Source of the DNA: Eledone cirrhosa
Lineage: Eukaryota
Assembly: GCA_964016885.1 (NCBI GenBank)
Contig: OZ024741.1
Coordinates: 223,324,001-223,388,000, forward strand
Direction: 5' to 3'
Length of the DNA: 64,000 nucleotides
Part shown: positions 25,590 through 41,224 of the stretch, in pieces
Layout of the letters: each line of letters starts with the position of its first letter
Position numbering within the stretch: the stretch's first letter is position 1
Notes under the pieces: model-generated
The model's database searches: none
Seen by the model: only the letters and a program-made list of their open reading frames with translations
What the model was told of the DNA's origin: nothing
Translations under genes and position numbers: made by a program

Positions 25590-26650
25590 TTGGTGGGATT
25601 TGTCTAGGGCGGGTAAAATTCCCAAGATCCAGCGGTCTCTGTCCTTCATCATCGCTGCTATGTCCCACATCTCCCGGAAATCAATGTCTGTCCATAGGGC
25701 ATCAACATATGTCAACCTGTCTCCTCTTCCAGTCTGTCTGTGTAGGGGCTGCCACAGGACCACTGAGTGCAGTGTCAGCTTTGAATGTTGGTGAGAACAT
25801 CCATCTAAACTCAGTCTCCTCTGTGTCATTTTTGAGCTGACTTTTGGGAGGCTCCCATACAGCTCTGAGTTTTTCATCCTCAGTGCATATCAGTTAATGT
25901 TTAGAGCCATCCTCAGCATCTTTGTGTAGCACCCATCCACCATCTGAGTGAGTGTCTTGGTCAGTGTCCAAGTCTCAAACCCGTACAGCAGCACAGACTC
26001 CACTGTAGCAACAAAAGAGGAATCTTCAGGTCTTTATGAAGGTTTGACTTCCACACCAAGCTCAAACTGCAATATGCCACCCAGGCTTTTCTCTTCCTCT
26101 CCACTACATCATCCTCTGAGTTCTTAATCTTTGCTTCCAGATACAGGAAGTCCTCAACCAACTCTAGTGGCTTCCTGCCCACATTCATAATCTTCTCTGG
26201 CTCCTTGATGTTCTCCACCAGATACTTCGTCTTAATCTCATTCATTCTCAGCTCCACACTCATTGACACTGTCTTCACCTCTCGCATCAACTCTTCTGCC
26301 CCTTTCACTGTGTTTGTCACCAGAGCTATGTCATCAGCAAATTCAGCATCTGATATATTTCTAGCCTTAACTATCCTGCTCTGAGCCAATGTTACAGAGA
26401 AGCTCGAGTCCTGGTGTTTCAGTCCACTGTGATGATGAAAAAGTAGGGAGCCAATGTATCTCCCTATAGCACTCCAGCCAGTATCTCAAAGAACTCTGTC
26501 ATCCCATCAGACGTGATGACTTGGGTTCTGATGTTGGTGTAGAGCAGGTCTACTATCTTCTTGGACATTCCATAAGCCTGTAAGATCTTCATCAGGCAAT
26601 CTCAGTACACAGAATCAAAGGCCTTCCCACAGTCAATGAAAACCATAGGA
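25590..26650 (-). pseudogene. Decayed non-LTR (RTE/RTE-X-like) reverse transcriptase
   Basis: FIDCGKAFDSV, GVL*GDTLAPYFFI, FADDIAL and DFLYL motifs with stops and frameshifts. Confidence 0.88.
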
Positions 26651-27186
26651 TTTAGTAATATTTAGTAATAATTTTAGTAATAATTTTCTCATTATAAATC
26701 TGATGTTTGAAGCAGAACTAAACAAAGGTTCTTACATAAAATTGTGATGAGATTTTTAGATAAATATAAATACTTTAAGATAAACAGTTTTATATCATAG
26801 AACCAAAGGTAGTTTTGGGTGATTTGGTATCAAAAGTATTTAACAACAACTGCAGATGAGAGCACTGAGTCCTATAATATACATGCGTTCATGTAAGATA
26901 CAGAATACAAGGATATGAACTAAAATAAGAGAGGAGTGTGTGGTGCTAAACACAAAGTGAGGTTGATAGTTTGGTGCTAGTAGCGGAGACATCATTAAAG
27001 ACTTTGTAGAAATTTGATGGCGGAGGGACTTGTAATATATTGACAATTATTTGTCTGGATATTAAAATATTTTAATGTCATGATTTTTAACATCTTCAGG
27101 TCAATGTAATCAATTCTTACAATTTAAATCTTTTGTAATTCTGAATTAACAAAAAAAAAAAAAAAAATCGATCTTCATAGAATGTA

Positions 27187-27221
<35 letters not shown>

Positions 27222-28219
27222 AAGTAATAAAAAATTACTTTCACTGAAGAACAATGCGGCAGTGAAATGTTCATTAGAAAGAAGAGAACGATTAACAATT
27301 AAATTTCATAGAAAACTGACTAAAAAAAATAATAAAGGAAAGCTTGATTGTTATGTAGAAACAAAAGATAAAAAAATGCTTCATTATTTTATTTGTGAGA
27401 GAATTCTGAATAAAATTCACTGAAGAAACACCAGAATTATATAATTTGTAACAAATGTTTTTTCTTCACCACCATCACCCCTCCTCACAAAATGTCAATA
27501 GTTCGTACAAGGTCAAAAAATTCACTAGTTCAAAACCCATCATTGGTGCTATGCTGCATTTCTGACAAAAGACAATTCTCAACATCCTGTGCCACATTAA
27601 ACTGCATAAGCAAGACATTCTTGAAAAGTGAAAAAACAGCACTGTGACAGCATTACATTTCAAATTGAAGTCTTTGTTGTGATACTGCAAATTTTCACAA
27701 TGATCTGTACACTAGTAAAGATACTATAAACATTTGTATTAACAAACCAGTCTTCAGATATTTTCTGCCAACCATTACAGAATATTAAAAATTAAACACT
27801 CTCTCTCTCTTGCAATCTAGCTGTTAATAAATACCATGAAAAAGTACAGGTTAAATTGCAAAGGATAAACTGTATAAGGGACAAATGTTACATTAGTTCC
27901 CAGTGCTGATCCTAAATCCTTTCCCATACAAACCTGAAAATATATTGGTCTCCTATATAGTACTTTATATCCTTTGATATAACTGTAACATATGTTCATT
28001 TCAAAACAATACACATATATTGTAATTTATCACTATATAATCAAGAGGTGTTATATACAATGATGAATATGAAAATTTATTTAGGAATTGGAATTTACTT
28101 CTAAGTTGGAAAAAGAAAACAAAAACCCAGTGGAAAATGTTAATGACTCTCAAAGAAAGGAGAAGACAATTTCAAAATTTAAGAATTAATTTAGCAAGAA
28201 ATTTCATTTTCATGTTTAA

Positions 28220-28415
28220 CCCTTTAGCATTTACATTACTCTATATTTACTATTGTATTTTCAAAGTAAACACTTTATCTCACATAATTATCCCACATAA
28301 TATCAAATCTATGAGATTTTGATATTATTTATTTTAAGAACAATACCTTAAAATAAGTATGAGCAGCCATTTATGGTTGGTTTGAACAGAATTCTGGTTG
28401 GATACAGCCGGTTTA
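28220..28415. mobile_element. TTAA-target MITE (truncated or diverged copy)
   Basis: ttaa-ccctttagcattta start; similar to 42757-42977. Confidence 0.65.
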
Positions 28416-31400
28416 AACAAGGAAAATATGATGTTTATTAGCAGGCAAGGTGGCAACTACAGACATGTTTTGGTTTTATTTGACTTCAAAGAGTTAAATT
28501 TGCTTTGATCAGTAAAACATAAATTTTTACATGTTGAAAAAGAGATACAAAAACTTTTTGGACAGTATAATTTGCACAATAATTTTGATGATAAGATCTG
28601 ATATAATTGAAACATGTCTGAAGCAGTCACTTTTGTGTGTTAACAAAAATCAGATTTTTCCTGCTAAACATAATAAAAATTTCAGTGAAATAGATTAATT
28701 TCTTGGAATTATCTTCCCTTATCATTGAGATTCACTAACAACTTACTACTAGATTTTTAGCTTCTTTCTCCAACTAAGAAGCAAATTGAGACTATTTTAC
28801 ATATACCATTCACACCACCAACCTGAATTATCTAAATTCATGTCATTAGTCTGCTGAAGTTATTTATTTTTCATAGTATACTTTTTGTATTTCTTTTATG
28901 TGGAACGATGATGGGTAAGTAAAGATTGAAAGTGAAATACATTTATCTTTATAAAATATTTTAATAATTAAAAATGACTGACTGAAATAGAAAAACAAAT
29001 TATAATCTAATGAAGGTTACAAAAGTAGAGTATAGGTCTCTCTCCTGTCTCTCCCTTTCTCCATCTCCCCACCTCTCTCTCTCTCTCTGATATACCGAAT
29101 CTGAAATATAACTTCCATGTTCTTTAATCTTATATTCAGTTGATCACCTACATACACACACTTACATTTATCAACAATTCCACTTGAGAGATAAAAATAG
29201 CAAGCAGCCATAGATGGCAGATTTAGTTTGAAAAATGTAAAGAGATAAGATAAGACATCTACTAAGTATTTCTCTGTGTAATAGAAATTTTCTTTCTATA
29301 TTTACTCAAGGCCAAGGAGGTTGAATAACTTCATGGATCCTGGTTCCTCAGAATTAAAATGACAAATCTAAGCAAATTTGCCTGAGGATGTTGCTGTATG
29401 TTTCATGTAAAACTTACATATCCAGTGAAAATAAGCAGGACAAAATCAAAAGTCTTTGACATTTGATCGTAGAAAGCAAAGTTTTCATAATGATCGCAAG
29501 CTGTCTTTAACTACAAAACATTTGAAATCGTTTATGTGGCTTCACTTTTAATCATGTTGCACCAGTGATCAGGAAATAAACAAAAGTAAAAGATACAAAA
29601 CAATAATATTTCTTTTCATGAGCATATTCTAATATATATTCAGATGTGTTCAATGAAGAATGAATATTAACAAGAGATGAAGAAGAAAAAAGAGATAAGT
29701 GAGGGGTGGGGAATTTCACATTAATCTGTGCATCCTTAAACTATTTTAAACAATAAAAGAGAAAGCTAAGATGACTGTAGTTTTTTGGAGTTACTGCGGG
29801 GTTCATTAGAATCATATATAAAAAGAAAACACATTTACAGGGCTTTCTTTTGAGGAATAGAGAGAAAATAAATAGAAGAACTGGAAAAACTTACTCTTTT
29901 AAAATATTAAATATCTTCTTTGAAGATGAAAAAAACCTATCCATGCGATAAATATCATAAAACTAGAGAATGGAGATGAAAGAAGAAAAAACACTTTATA
30001 TTTTTAGAGCTCCCCACAAAATTGATAGCTGTGAGAATTGAAATCCTCTATCATCACCAAAATTTTATTGAAGACAATTTGTAGCAAGAGATAGGAAGCT
30101 TTCCTTTATTTAACAATGATAAAAAGAAGTTAAACAGTTTATGAAATGTTCTTAGATTTTATGTAAAGGAAGCAAAACAAAAATAAATAAATAAAAGGTT
30201 GGTGTAATCTTGAATTTCTTGGAATTCAAAGATGGAATATTAACAATTACATATAACAGACAATGATTTGTAGAAAAAAAAAATGTTTTTTAAACCTCTA
30301 TAACTATTATGCATTACAGATGACATGTTGAGAAGATATTAGAATGATATTCTCATACATCAAATCTGTTATGTTACATAGCATGTATATTAGGAATTCA
30401 TTCAGCTGTCCATCAAACACCTTAAGAACCCCATAGGCTGATATATCATGTATCATTGGTTTCTATAGTGCTGCCTGTACACTCTGTAAGAGGTTTGTGC
30501 TGGTATCATGACAAAAAGCACCCAGTTCACCATGTAAGAGGGTCATGCTGGTGACAATAAAAAGTACCCAGTCTACCCAGGAGGTAACTTCTGATGGAGT
30601 CTTGGGTATTTAAATATGGTGAAACCCAGCCCTCTCCAGGTCTGACCACAGCTAGCTAGTGGAAGGGAGAGGCAGTGACAAAGAGATTTAGATGAAGAAT
30701 CGACCTTGGTACTGAACTGGTACTTTCTTTAGCAACCTCAAAAGGATGAAAGACAAAGTTGACCATGGTGGGATTTGAACTCAGAGCACAGAGAGCCAGA
30801 ATGAATCCAGCAAATCATTCTGTATAATGTTCTAATGTCTAATGGTCTAATGTTCTAACAACTCTGAAAATTTCTCACCACAACTCAATAACAAACTAGT
30901 AAAAACTAGTAAAAAAAGAAATAAGAGAATATATTCTCAGGAAGAGTTGAAGTCGTCATTGTAAGCCAAACAAAACCTTTGTCAACTTTACAATGTTAGT
31001 ACTTATTACAGTGATAAACTATATACCTATCTACCCATCCACCCATATCCTGATGTACATCTGAACATTTAGGTAGACTTGACCATTGGTCATATGTCAC
31101 TGTATTGTACCATTGATAGGGAACCATCTACTGACCATTAAGCTGGCTGTCCAGTGGGCTATGAGCAGTTATCAGATTAAAAAGACTAAGAAGAAAATTG
31201 AAGTTAGAACAAAATTATCATTATCATCATTTCATGTCGCCTTTTCTATGATGACGTAATTTGGTCTGGTTTTCTATGGCAGTGTTTTATGGTCAGCTGC
31301 CTTATGTCATCAACTCTTTTAGTTGCCTCTCATGTCACACAGTGATATGGTGTACCTATTCTAAAACTGGAATTGCAAATGTGAAATCTTTTTATAGTTA

Positions 31401-32349
31401 TAACAACTACAACAACAGTAACAGCTACATCAATGCTATAAAAGCAATGCAGGAACTACAAAGTGGTAAATTGTTCTACAAGAAATAGCAGCTAAATTCC
31501 CTTAAATCAAACCTTGCCAACTTTTTTAAAAAAATAAGATAAAAGACGCGATGGTCATGGCTGGAAGGCTTTTGACCACAGATCAGCTCAATCATGGTTG
31601 ATTGAAATAACTAAACATAAAACAAACACTGAAAACCCCCACTCACCCACCAAAATAAAAATTTAAGCAATTCTCATAAATAGGAACATTTTTAATTAAG
31701 TCAGTTTTCTGACACAATACTATTGAGGCATTGTTAGTGTGTTGTTTATTATAATTAGACAGTAATTCCTGGGAGCAATAAAAAACACCCAGACCTCCCT
31801 GTAAGGTGGTAGTGCAATGACAAAAAGCATCCAGTTTGTTCTCTAAGGTAGTTAGTGTTACTATAGTCATCTTAGCATCCAACTGTAGAAACAGAGCCAA
31901 AAATGGAATATTTGAGCAAGACATGGTCACCTGAATAATCTAACCTTAGAACATAACCCAGCTAACCCATGCAAGCATAGAAAATAGATCTTAAATGGTA
32001 ATGATGATGATGGCTGAATGGTTAAAAAGTTCACTTCACAAACAGAAGGCCTGGGTGTGATTCCACTGAATAGCATCTTAATTAAGTATCTTTAACCATG
32101 GCCTCTGGGCCAACCTAAGCCTTGTGAGTGAAATTGGGTAGACAAAAACTGTACGAGGGAAGTCTATTCGATAGATTGTACCTGTAATTCAAGGGTTCAT
32201 CTTTGTCACATATTGTGTCATGTTGATTCTGTTGAGGATTAAGAGAACACAAATCTGTGGAATACTCAGCCACTTCATGTTAATTCAATAAGCCAGGAAA
32301 CACAGTAGACTGAACAGCTGGAATACTCATCATCGAAACTGACAGATCG

Positions 32350-32822
32350 ATTTATTTTTCTTTATGAGGGAAGGGTAGATTGTATAATGTCTGTGTGAGA
32401 AGTGTAATGTTGTATAGCAGTGAGACATGGGTAGTAAATGCAGAGGATATGTGGGGACTGGAGAAAAATGATGTGGGCATGCTCCATTGGAAGTGTAATG
32501 TTAGCATGCATGAATGACAGGACATGCATGAACTGAGAGAAAAGCTGGGTGTAAGATGAATCAGATGTAATGTCCAAGAGAGAAGGTTGACTGGTATGGA
32601 TATGTGATGCATATGGATGATGAACACTGGGTGAACAAGCACCAGGATATGCCAGAAGGAAGTAGCTGTAGTAGAGGAAGTTTGAAAAAAAAAACTAAGC
32701 AGAGGTGATTAGAGCTGATCTCAAAATGCTGAACCTTTAAGAGATGATGAAGGATCATGTGTACTGGGAAAAACCCATCCAACCTATGAAAGCATGGAAA
32801 AACAGACATAAAATGATGATGA
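32350..32822 (+). mobile_element. Decayed RTE LINE 3' fragment; further copies ~52490-52845(+), ~56410-56890(+), ~57750-58140(-)
   Basis: LYSSETW and WYG.V..M remnants plus (GAT)n tail, homologous to 13390-14107. Confidence 0.82.
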
Positions 32823-33439
32823 ACATACCCATAAACTTTAAATTCCCAGGATTTTGCTTAATCAATATTATGTTCCATTTCTATACACTAGCTAGCTGTT
32901 GTTTGTCAAGTTTACACAAAATAAAGGCTTCCAGAGTTCATTTACTCTCTCCCTAATGGTTTTTCCCACCTGTCTATTAACATAACCTCCTTAAATCTTA
33001 GCATGTAACTGAAATTCAACCTTCACCACCTCTTTCCATAATGACAAATATATGTTTTCTCTTTGTTTTTTTGTTTATTTTTTTTGCTGTTTGATTTCTA
33101 AAACAAAGTAAACTGAACAAAGCTAATTAAATTCCCACCAACTACTACCATTGTTGTACAAATAAATCATTGAAGCCATTAACACATATCAGTTGGCCTG
33201 GCTTCCTTAACTTGTTCAGACTAATCACTTGGAATACGTCTAACCTTCTTCTATCCCACCACACTGAAGCCATCTCAGCAACATGCGCACACAGAGACAC
33301 ACACAGACACATACATACAAATGTATAAAATGATCATCAAGCAATTTAAGTCTAAGTGGAGTGGGTAGGTTTTCAATATTTGATTATGGTTGTGCAACAC
33401 AATAGTCAGTTAATAACGATCCTATTAGTATAGCCACAA

Positions 33440-34356
33440 ATGGCAGTGGATTGGCCAGAATCATTAGAGTGTCAGACAAAATGTCTTGCAGTATTTGTTC
33501 CGGCTATTTATGTTCTGAATTGAAACCCCACCGAGGTCAATGTTGCCTTTCATCCTTCCAAGATCGATAAAATAAAGTACCAGTGAAATACGGGGGAGGG
33601 GAGAGGGGCAGGTGATATAATAGAACTGTTTTTTTTTCTTATGTAAAAAATCAATAGTATTATATAATTCTGAGCGGTGGATTGGCAGTATTGGTTAAAG
33701 TTTCGTACAAAATGCTTTGCAGTATTTAGTTACAACTTTCTACTTTCTGAGTTCAAACCCTACTGAAGTGTACTTTGTCTTTTGTCCTTTTAGGATCGAT
33801 AAAATTAAGCACTAGTAAAATACTGAGGTCGATATAATCAACTTGCTCCTCCCTACAGATTACTGACCTCATGCCTAAAATTTGAAATTATCCAGTATCA
33901 GTAGAGCATCAAACACCATGCTTTGCAGCATAGAGTTATAGCCCTTTACGTTCTGAGTTCAAATCCCGCCAAGGTTAACTTTGCCTTTTATCCTTATGGG
34001 GTCAATAAAATAAAGCACCAGTAATGCACTGGGGTCGATTCAGTCGACTTTCCCTTCCCCTTCAGATTGCTGGCCTTGTGCCTAAAGTAGATACAATTAT
34101 TACTATTATTATTATATATTAATATAATATAATATATAATATAAGAAACCATTATTATTATTTGTGTGGATTGGCAGTATTGGTAGAGCATCAGATGCCA
34201 TGCTTTGTAGCATAGAGTTATGGCCCTTTACGTTCTGAGTTCAAATCCCGCTGAGGTTAACTTTGCCTTTCATCCTTACAGGGTCGATAAAATAAAGCAT
34301 CAATAATGCACTGGGATAATTGCTGGCCTTGTGCCAAAAGTAGAAACAATTATTAT
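33440..34356 (+). mobile_element. Cluster of four head-to-tail SINE-A-type copies of different ages
   Basis: Copies at ~33445-33590, ~33675-33885, ~33895-34100 and ~34166-34356, each with a B box and Deu-like core. Confidence 0.8.
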
Positions 34357-37300
34357 CATTTGTGTTTGTGTTATACAAAGTGTTATAAAATTCTCTGAGA
34401 ATTTTTTGATTATTAACAAGTTTAAATGGGTGTAAGTTGGTTTACTTTACAAGCAGCAGGTATTGGAAATCAGCATGTCTACAGAAAGCCTGTTTTAAAC
34501 ATCATTTCAAAAAAAAAATTTTTTATTCTGGATTTTTGTTTGGTTTACAATAATTGTCAACATGGCTTCTTCTACTAGAGGAACAATAAGTGCCAGTAAT
34601 AAGAAAGGGAGTATGACTGTGTATGCCACTTTGAAAGAGAACAACTGCTTTATTTTCGAACACATGAGAACAAATGAAAAAATCAAAAAAGAAAAAGAAA
34701 AGATAAATGGGAAAAAAAGACTATAAAAGAAACAAGTACACTGACATGCACAGACACTCACGATTTAATATTCAAAAATGCAAATTTGTATGATGTAAGC
34801 AAAGGTAACAAACAACAACATATGCTTACAAACGTTAGAAAATAACAAAAAAGAAAGCAGTTTTATCTTAGCGCATGTTGCCAATAACAGGCAGATTTTG
34901 GACATTAACTATATAGCTGAGAAAAAAATTGCTTGACAGAATTTTCTAACCAAAAAGGGCAACTCTTTCCTACAGTGTTTCATTCGAGAAACAACAAGGT
35001 TACCAACCCCTGCATCACCAAAAGTGTAGTAGTTTTCCTTATGCCCTCAAAACAACAATTAGAAGTAGCCTTAGCTGATATGTGGGAAGATGTCCTTTCT
35101 ATCAACCAAGAGACATGTTATGGAACTTTCCACCTAGTTTGGAAAACGGAGAAAAGGTGAATTACTCACCAACACATTCAGAATGAGAAATTTTCAGTAC
35201 ATGGGCAAAATGCAGGTGGAAGGTGAAGTTGATCAAAGTTGTAGGGAGTCATGATCTGACATTGGTAGTTATATGTCATCATCATCACCATCACTGTTTT
35301 ACGTCCGTTCTTCCACGCTAGCATGGGTTAGACGGGTTGTCCTGTTGTGGTATTATTTTAATTATATCCACATTTATAATTGTTTGGCATAAACCTCAAG
35401 ATAGATTTTATAGTCTCTGGAAAGAATTGCAGGACAGATTTAATGGGCAAAGTTAACTGGCAGGAAACCCAGAGGTAAACCACAAGCAAGATGATTGGAT
35501 AATATCTATAAGTTTGGCTGGTCTCACTTAAGGATCCAACCAGATCATTTGTAGATGGTAACTTCTGATAGGACTCTCTCAAAGGCATGTCTGAGGACTC
35601 TGCCCACATGACCTCAGGAATAAGTGGGTGAAAATGAAGAATTATTTAAAGGTGGTGAAAATGGCAGTGTTGTAAGAGTGTTAGACAAAATGTTTTGTGG
35701 TTATTAGTTAGGACTTTCTACATTTCAGGTTCAAATCCTACCAAGGTCAACTTTGCCTTTCATCCTTCGATAAAAATAAAAGTACCAGCCAAGTACTGGA
35801 GTCAATTCAATTGACTTACCCATTTCCCAAAATTGTTGGCCTTGTGCCTAAATAAGAAACCATTATTATTCACACAGCTTGTGCTATAGAAGACAGACAA
35901 TGAAAGTCTACATATTATTCATTTAATTCAGCTGAACACACAAAGCAGTGTGAATTTAGTTTTTAATTTTTTGCAACGGCAGTTCACTTGAGTTAACGTC
36001 AGATCTTTTATCTTCTACTCAAAAGGTCATGACTCATAACCTAGTGCTGTTAACTCAAGAAGCAATGTAGAGGTAGATTGGGGGGGGGGGGATATTAGTA
36101 TTAGCTGAGAGAGAATACAGGTTATATAACAAAAGATTTACCTCACAAAGTGAATATAGATGTTTCATGGAACATCTTGACACCATCGTGAGAAAAGAAA
36201 AAAGAAAATAACTTTTATAACACCAAGTTTTTGAAGATTACTCTTATGAAGGATATTCACATCATCATTATCATCATCACTATCTCCATCATCTTTCATG
36301 GTGGTGTGGATTGGATATATTGTTGCAGTCTAGGTCAGCACTTATTCACATTACTGTCCCCTGTGTCTTACTCATATATTACCTTGAATCATCTATGTGA
36401 AGTAAGCATCTATGCCATCACATGACTAATAAGAAATAGCAGCCAAAATTCCCTCTTGTTGCATTCATCATCATCAGTTTAATGTATGTTTTCCATGCTC
36501 TTTTCCATGTAATCATATGAGGCTAAACAGGTCAGGTGACCAATCTTGCACATATGCTCTATTTTGAGCTTGGTTTTCTTCAGCTGGATGCCCTTCCAAA
36601 TGCCAAACACTTTACAGAGTGTACTGCCAGCATTACCACCTTACAAAGTGGACAGGATGCTTTTTGTTGCAACACCAGTATGACCACATTACAGAGTGGA
36701 GTGAGTGCTTTTTACCATGGCACTAGTATGACTAACTTACAGGGTAGACTGGATGATTTTTGTTATGGTTGACTGGGTTAGTTTCGAAATGTGTTGAGAA
36801 GAGAGGAGGGATGAAGCACAAAGCTAACAACCTTACTTCCATTAATCAAAATTGCTACAGAAATGACAAAAGATCATCAATGATTGGCCATGTACTACAC
36901 ATGTCCACAAAGAGTCCAGTAAGAGCCTCCATCGAATGGAAGCCAAAAGGAGGGTGTAAGAAACAAGGTAGATCTATCAAGACCTTGATCAGATCTGTGA
37001 AGGAAGACCAGGAAGACATGAGCCTGGCCTGAGAGCAGGCCCATGACAAGGCTTGCAAGAGTGCAGAATGGAAATTTCTTATCAACTAATGCTCCATAGA
37101 GAACGAAAGGAACTAAAGAAATTAGAAGAACCCTGAACAAATGAAAAGTGGTATTCCAACTCCAGTACTATAGGGGACAAAATTAAATAATCTAAGGCTT
37201 TTAGTTTGACACTCCACCCCTTCTGTTATTCTACTGCCCCTTCGAATTAACAACATTATTGATTACTCACATCAATGACTTCTAACATCATACAAACAAA

Positions 37301-39072
37301 CAACAATATTATCAATAATCATAAGGTTAGTTTTTTGTGAGAAAAAAGCATTCGTCTTGTAAGCTTAAAGAGAATTTTCTCTTAATCAAGTAATCATTCA
37401 CACTGGAGTTAGATGTATGGTGGTGCAAGATGTGTTAAAATTTTACAAACAAACAACAACAAAAATAGAAAAAATGTCAAAAACCATTAACATAAGATGA
37501 CTGATTACTGAACACAAAGTTTCAATTAGACAAAAGAGAAGAAAAAAAAACATTCAATGATTTATTTTAAAAACAAAATATAATAAACACTCTTGATAAA
37601 CATCTAAAAGGATAGTTTTTCTCTGGTGGTGGTGATTATAATAGAAGTGGTGGTGGTGGTGGTGGTGTTGGTGGTTGGGTAAATAGAAAGTTTAAAAATT
37701 ATACAAACTGAACAAGTAAAAATAATAATGGTTATGGAAGACCAAAATGTGATAATGTAGCTCATGTATTATATAGTGTTATCTGATTTTTACGCTATAT
37801 ACTTATTTCAAATTCCAGAAACATGCAGCAAACAATATAAATATCTCCTCCTAAATATTAATGAAAAACACAAGATGAATAATGGACATATTCAGAAATT
37901 CTGACAAAGCGTTAGATCATGAAAGAATGGCTCATATTTTTTAAAATCCACTTACATCTAGTTAGCCTAACACCCAACCACCACCACTGTTTCTTTCATA
38001 AAAGTATGAAAAATTTGAATGGGCTTATTATCAGATGTAAAGAGATAAAAATATTTATATGTTTTTATTCTAAGCATTTTTAATATTTCAAAACATTTCC
38101 AAAAAATATTTTCTTCCTGCTTTTCTCTTAATTCCAATGAATAAAAATGTAAGAAAGTTTGCTGATTTTCAAAGATAATGAGATTTATGGCTTCTCGTAC
38201 TCTTTGCCAAAGGCAGCATGTGTATCGGCATTGTAATATAATTTGGCAACTGTTCCCCAAGTCATGCCAACCTGCCTAGTAAGAGGTATAAATCCTATTT
38301 TAGAAGGCAGCAGTTTTAATGCAACATGTCACCACACTGCTGTAATAAATTTAATTCTTCTACACTTTTTTGAACATATTCCAGAAAATTTGCTACAACA
38401 AACCAATTATTTTAGTTAAACAATTTTATTTCTTTTTCTTCTTCCCTGTGTGAAGAATTTTCTTCCCAATGAAACTCGTTAACATAAAACTATTAAAGAA
38501 TACAGTCAAGTAATTTTTAATGAAAATTGAGAATTTTAAAATAATTTTTTCAAACAAGGTTCTCTACTTTAAGTTATCAATCAATAAAGCTAATTATCTA
38601 GCTAAACATCACAAACATCTGGAATCTACTACAGAAGGTTGATGTCTAAAGATGGGATTCAGGATAAAGAAAAAAAACCAAAAGTATTCACATGATAGAA
38701 AACCACAACACAAAAATCCTTCAACATATTATCTCCTCTTATGTATCTTCTGCTACTACTATATTGACCAGTGTTTCTTTCTTTAACTATTTCATTGTCA
38801 CCTTCTCTTGAAGACATTTAGCTAACTGCTTATGACTATTTCTCTATAGACTAACAAATACAATAAGATACAATATATTACTAAATATGGTATAACTCAG
38901 TACAAATACTGAGCATTATGAATTTGCCATAACACTACAATAATCATAACTTTTCCACTTTGGCACTAGTATATAATAAAATAAATATAAGATCAAAAAA
39001 TAAGTACCAGGCCTTAAAACATTTACTGGAGCAAAAGAAAATGAAAACAACAAAAGATACATGCCCTCTTCA

Positions 39073-39632
39073 CCCTTTAGCATTTAACCTGGCTATATCC
39101 GGCCAGAATTCTCTCACCTCTTTCAGTTCAAACCGGCTGTAACCGGCCACTCATACTGATGTTAAGGTATTGTTCTCAAAATGGATAATATCAAAATCTC
39201 ATAGATTTTATATTATGTGAGATAAAGGCACATGGAGGCACATGGGTTAGTGGTTAGAGCATTGGCCTTGCAATCGAAAGGTTGTGAGTTCAATTCTCAG
39301 ACCGGGTGATGTGTTGTTTCCTTGAGCAAGACACTTTATTTCACATTGCTCCAGTTTACTCAGCTGTAGAAATGAGATGATAGGGACTGGGGTCTGGTCC
39401 CTATCATTCCACTGCAAAGTGGTCGTGGAGGTGCCACAGCAAAAAAGCACCCAGCACTCACTGTAAATGAGGTTGGTGTTAGGAAGGGCATCCAGCTGTA
39501 GAAATCAAGCCAGAATCAGTTCCCGTTCCACCCTTGCAAGCAGGGAAAAAGTGGACGTAAAATGAAATGATGATGAAAGCCTTTACCATGAAAATATAAT
39601 AGTATATATAGAGTAATGAAAATTTCAAAGGG
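39073..39632. mobile_element. TTAA MITE interrupted by SINE family B (39234-39575, +)
   Basis: ccctttagcattta ... aaaggg-ttaa ends; the two MITE halves are collinear with 49011-49218. Confidence 0.82.
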
Positions 39633-41224
39633 TTAAGGTGTAGAAACTTTATAAGAATGTTGTTTGGTACCAACAGTCAGTTGTGTTGGCTTGACAAGAA
39701 ATGAACAAAGAAAGTGTCATAAAGCAGCATATTTTATAATAAATGTTCATCATCGTCATCATCATTTAACATCCGTTTTCCCTACTAGCGAGAGTTGGAT
39801 AGGTGTTCAGACTAACTCAGTACTCAAGCAGGGCAACTGACCTCTCAGATGCGCCAGGGGCCTACATTCTGCTTACATACAATCGAGATGCAGGCACCTG
39901 GCTCATCTGAGAAGTCAGTATCACTACTTGAATACTGATTCCATCTGTGATGGCCCATCTAACCCATGAATACATTTAGTCGTATTACAAAGGAAATTTT
40001 CAGGTTAAAAGCCAAAACTTAAAAAGCAGATAAAATGTGGTCAACAACCACATGTCACAGTTACATCACAATTGAGTTTTTTTTTTACTAATTAATCAGA
40101 CAGAAGGGCAGTGCCACTGACACTTTATTTTTTCAGGGCCCCTAAAGGAGTGAGGAAAGAGGAGACTGGAGACCTAGTTTGAATTATTGTAACAGAGGGA
40201 CTCTACTAAAATCACCCAAGAACTTAGTATGCAAAGCGCCAGAACAAATACCCCAAGTCATCTTGTTTCATGCTCTAACAATTATTACAATACACATTCC
40301 TTGACTGGTACTATATTTTATCAACCCTGAAAAAAGAAAGGCAAAGCTGACTATGGTTGGATGTGGATTAAGAATGCAAAGAGCCAGAACAAATACTATC
40401 AAACATTTTGTCCTATGCTCTAAAACAAATAACTTAAAGTAAAATTTCCTATGTTCTAAATAAAGTAAATGTGGTAGAACAGAGTATACTGTGGTGAGAT
40501 TTGAATTCAGAGTACAGAGAGTGGAACAAAACTTGCTAAAGGAAATTGGAGTGGGAAGAATAAGGAAGTTAGATAGTGATGTAGTGGAAGAGGGCATACT
40601 GAGAGGGGAAGATTGATTTATTACCTTGATTAATGGTCACACCTTAGTAAATGAGTATGGGTGATTGAATGAACCCTTCTACATCCTAGGTAATTATTTT
40701 ATCAACCCTTGGATGGATAAAAAGTGAAATTGTCTCTGACAAGACTTTCTTTAGATCTTGTGACCATATTTCTAAGGAAATACACTCTATTTTAATAAAT
40801 TAATGAAGAATTTTGAGGGATATACTAAAATTATTAATTATTGCATCACTTAGATAGTAACTTAACATGTGGTTCTTATATCAAATTATGTTGGAAGATT
40901 TTGATTTAAATAGGAACCCTTTAAAATGGCTGATTTTGTTTCATAGAACCAGTTCTGGCTGGGTTGGTATCGAAAGGGTTACTATTCTTGCATTAAAAAA
41001 AAATAGAAGTTAGGACCTGTCCCATGGCAAAAAAGCATCCAGTTCATCCTTTAAAGTAGTAGTAGTGCTGGAGTTATCTTAAAATGTTACCAATGAAGTG
41101 ATTGGTTTTAGGAAAGGCATCAAGCCATAGGAACCAAGCCAAAAATGGATGTGCTCAGGATGTGAAATGTCACCAGGGTCAATTTTACCTTTCATCCTTT
41201 CAATGCGTAAATCAGAAATCATTA

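Noticed and set aside
30585-30640. CTGATGG...GAAAC hammerhead-like string
   Set aside because: Core A9 is missing and no stem I or UH site could be assigned.
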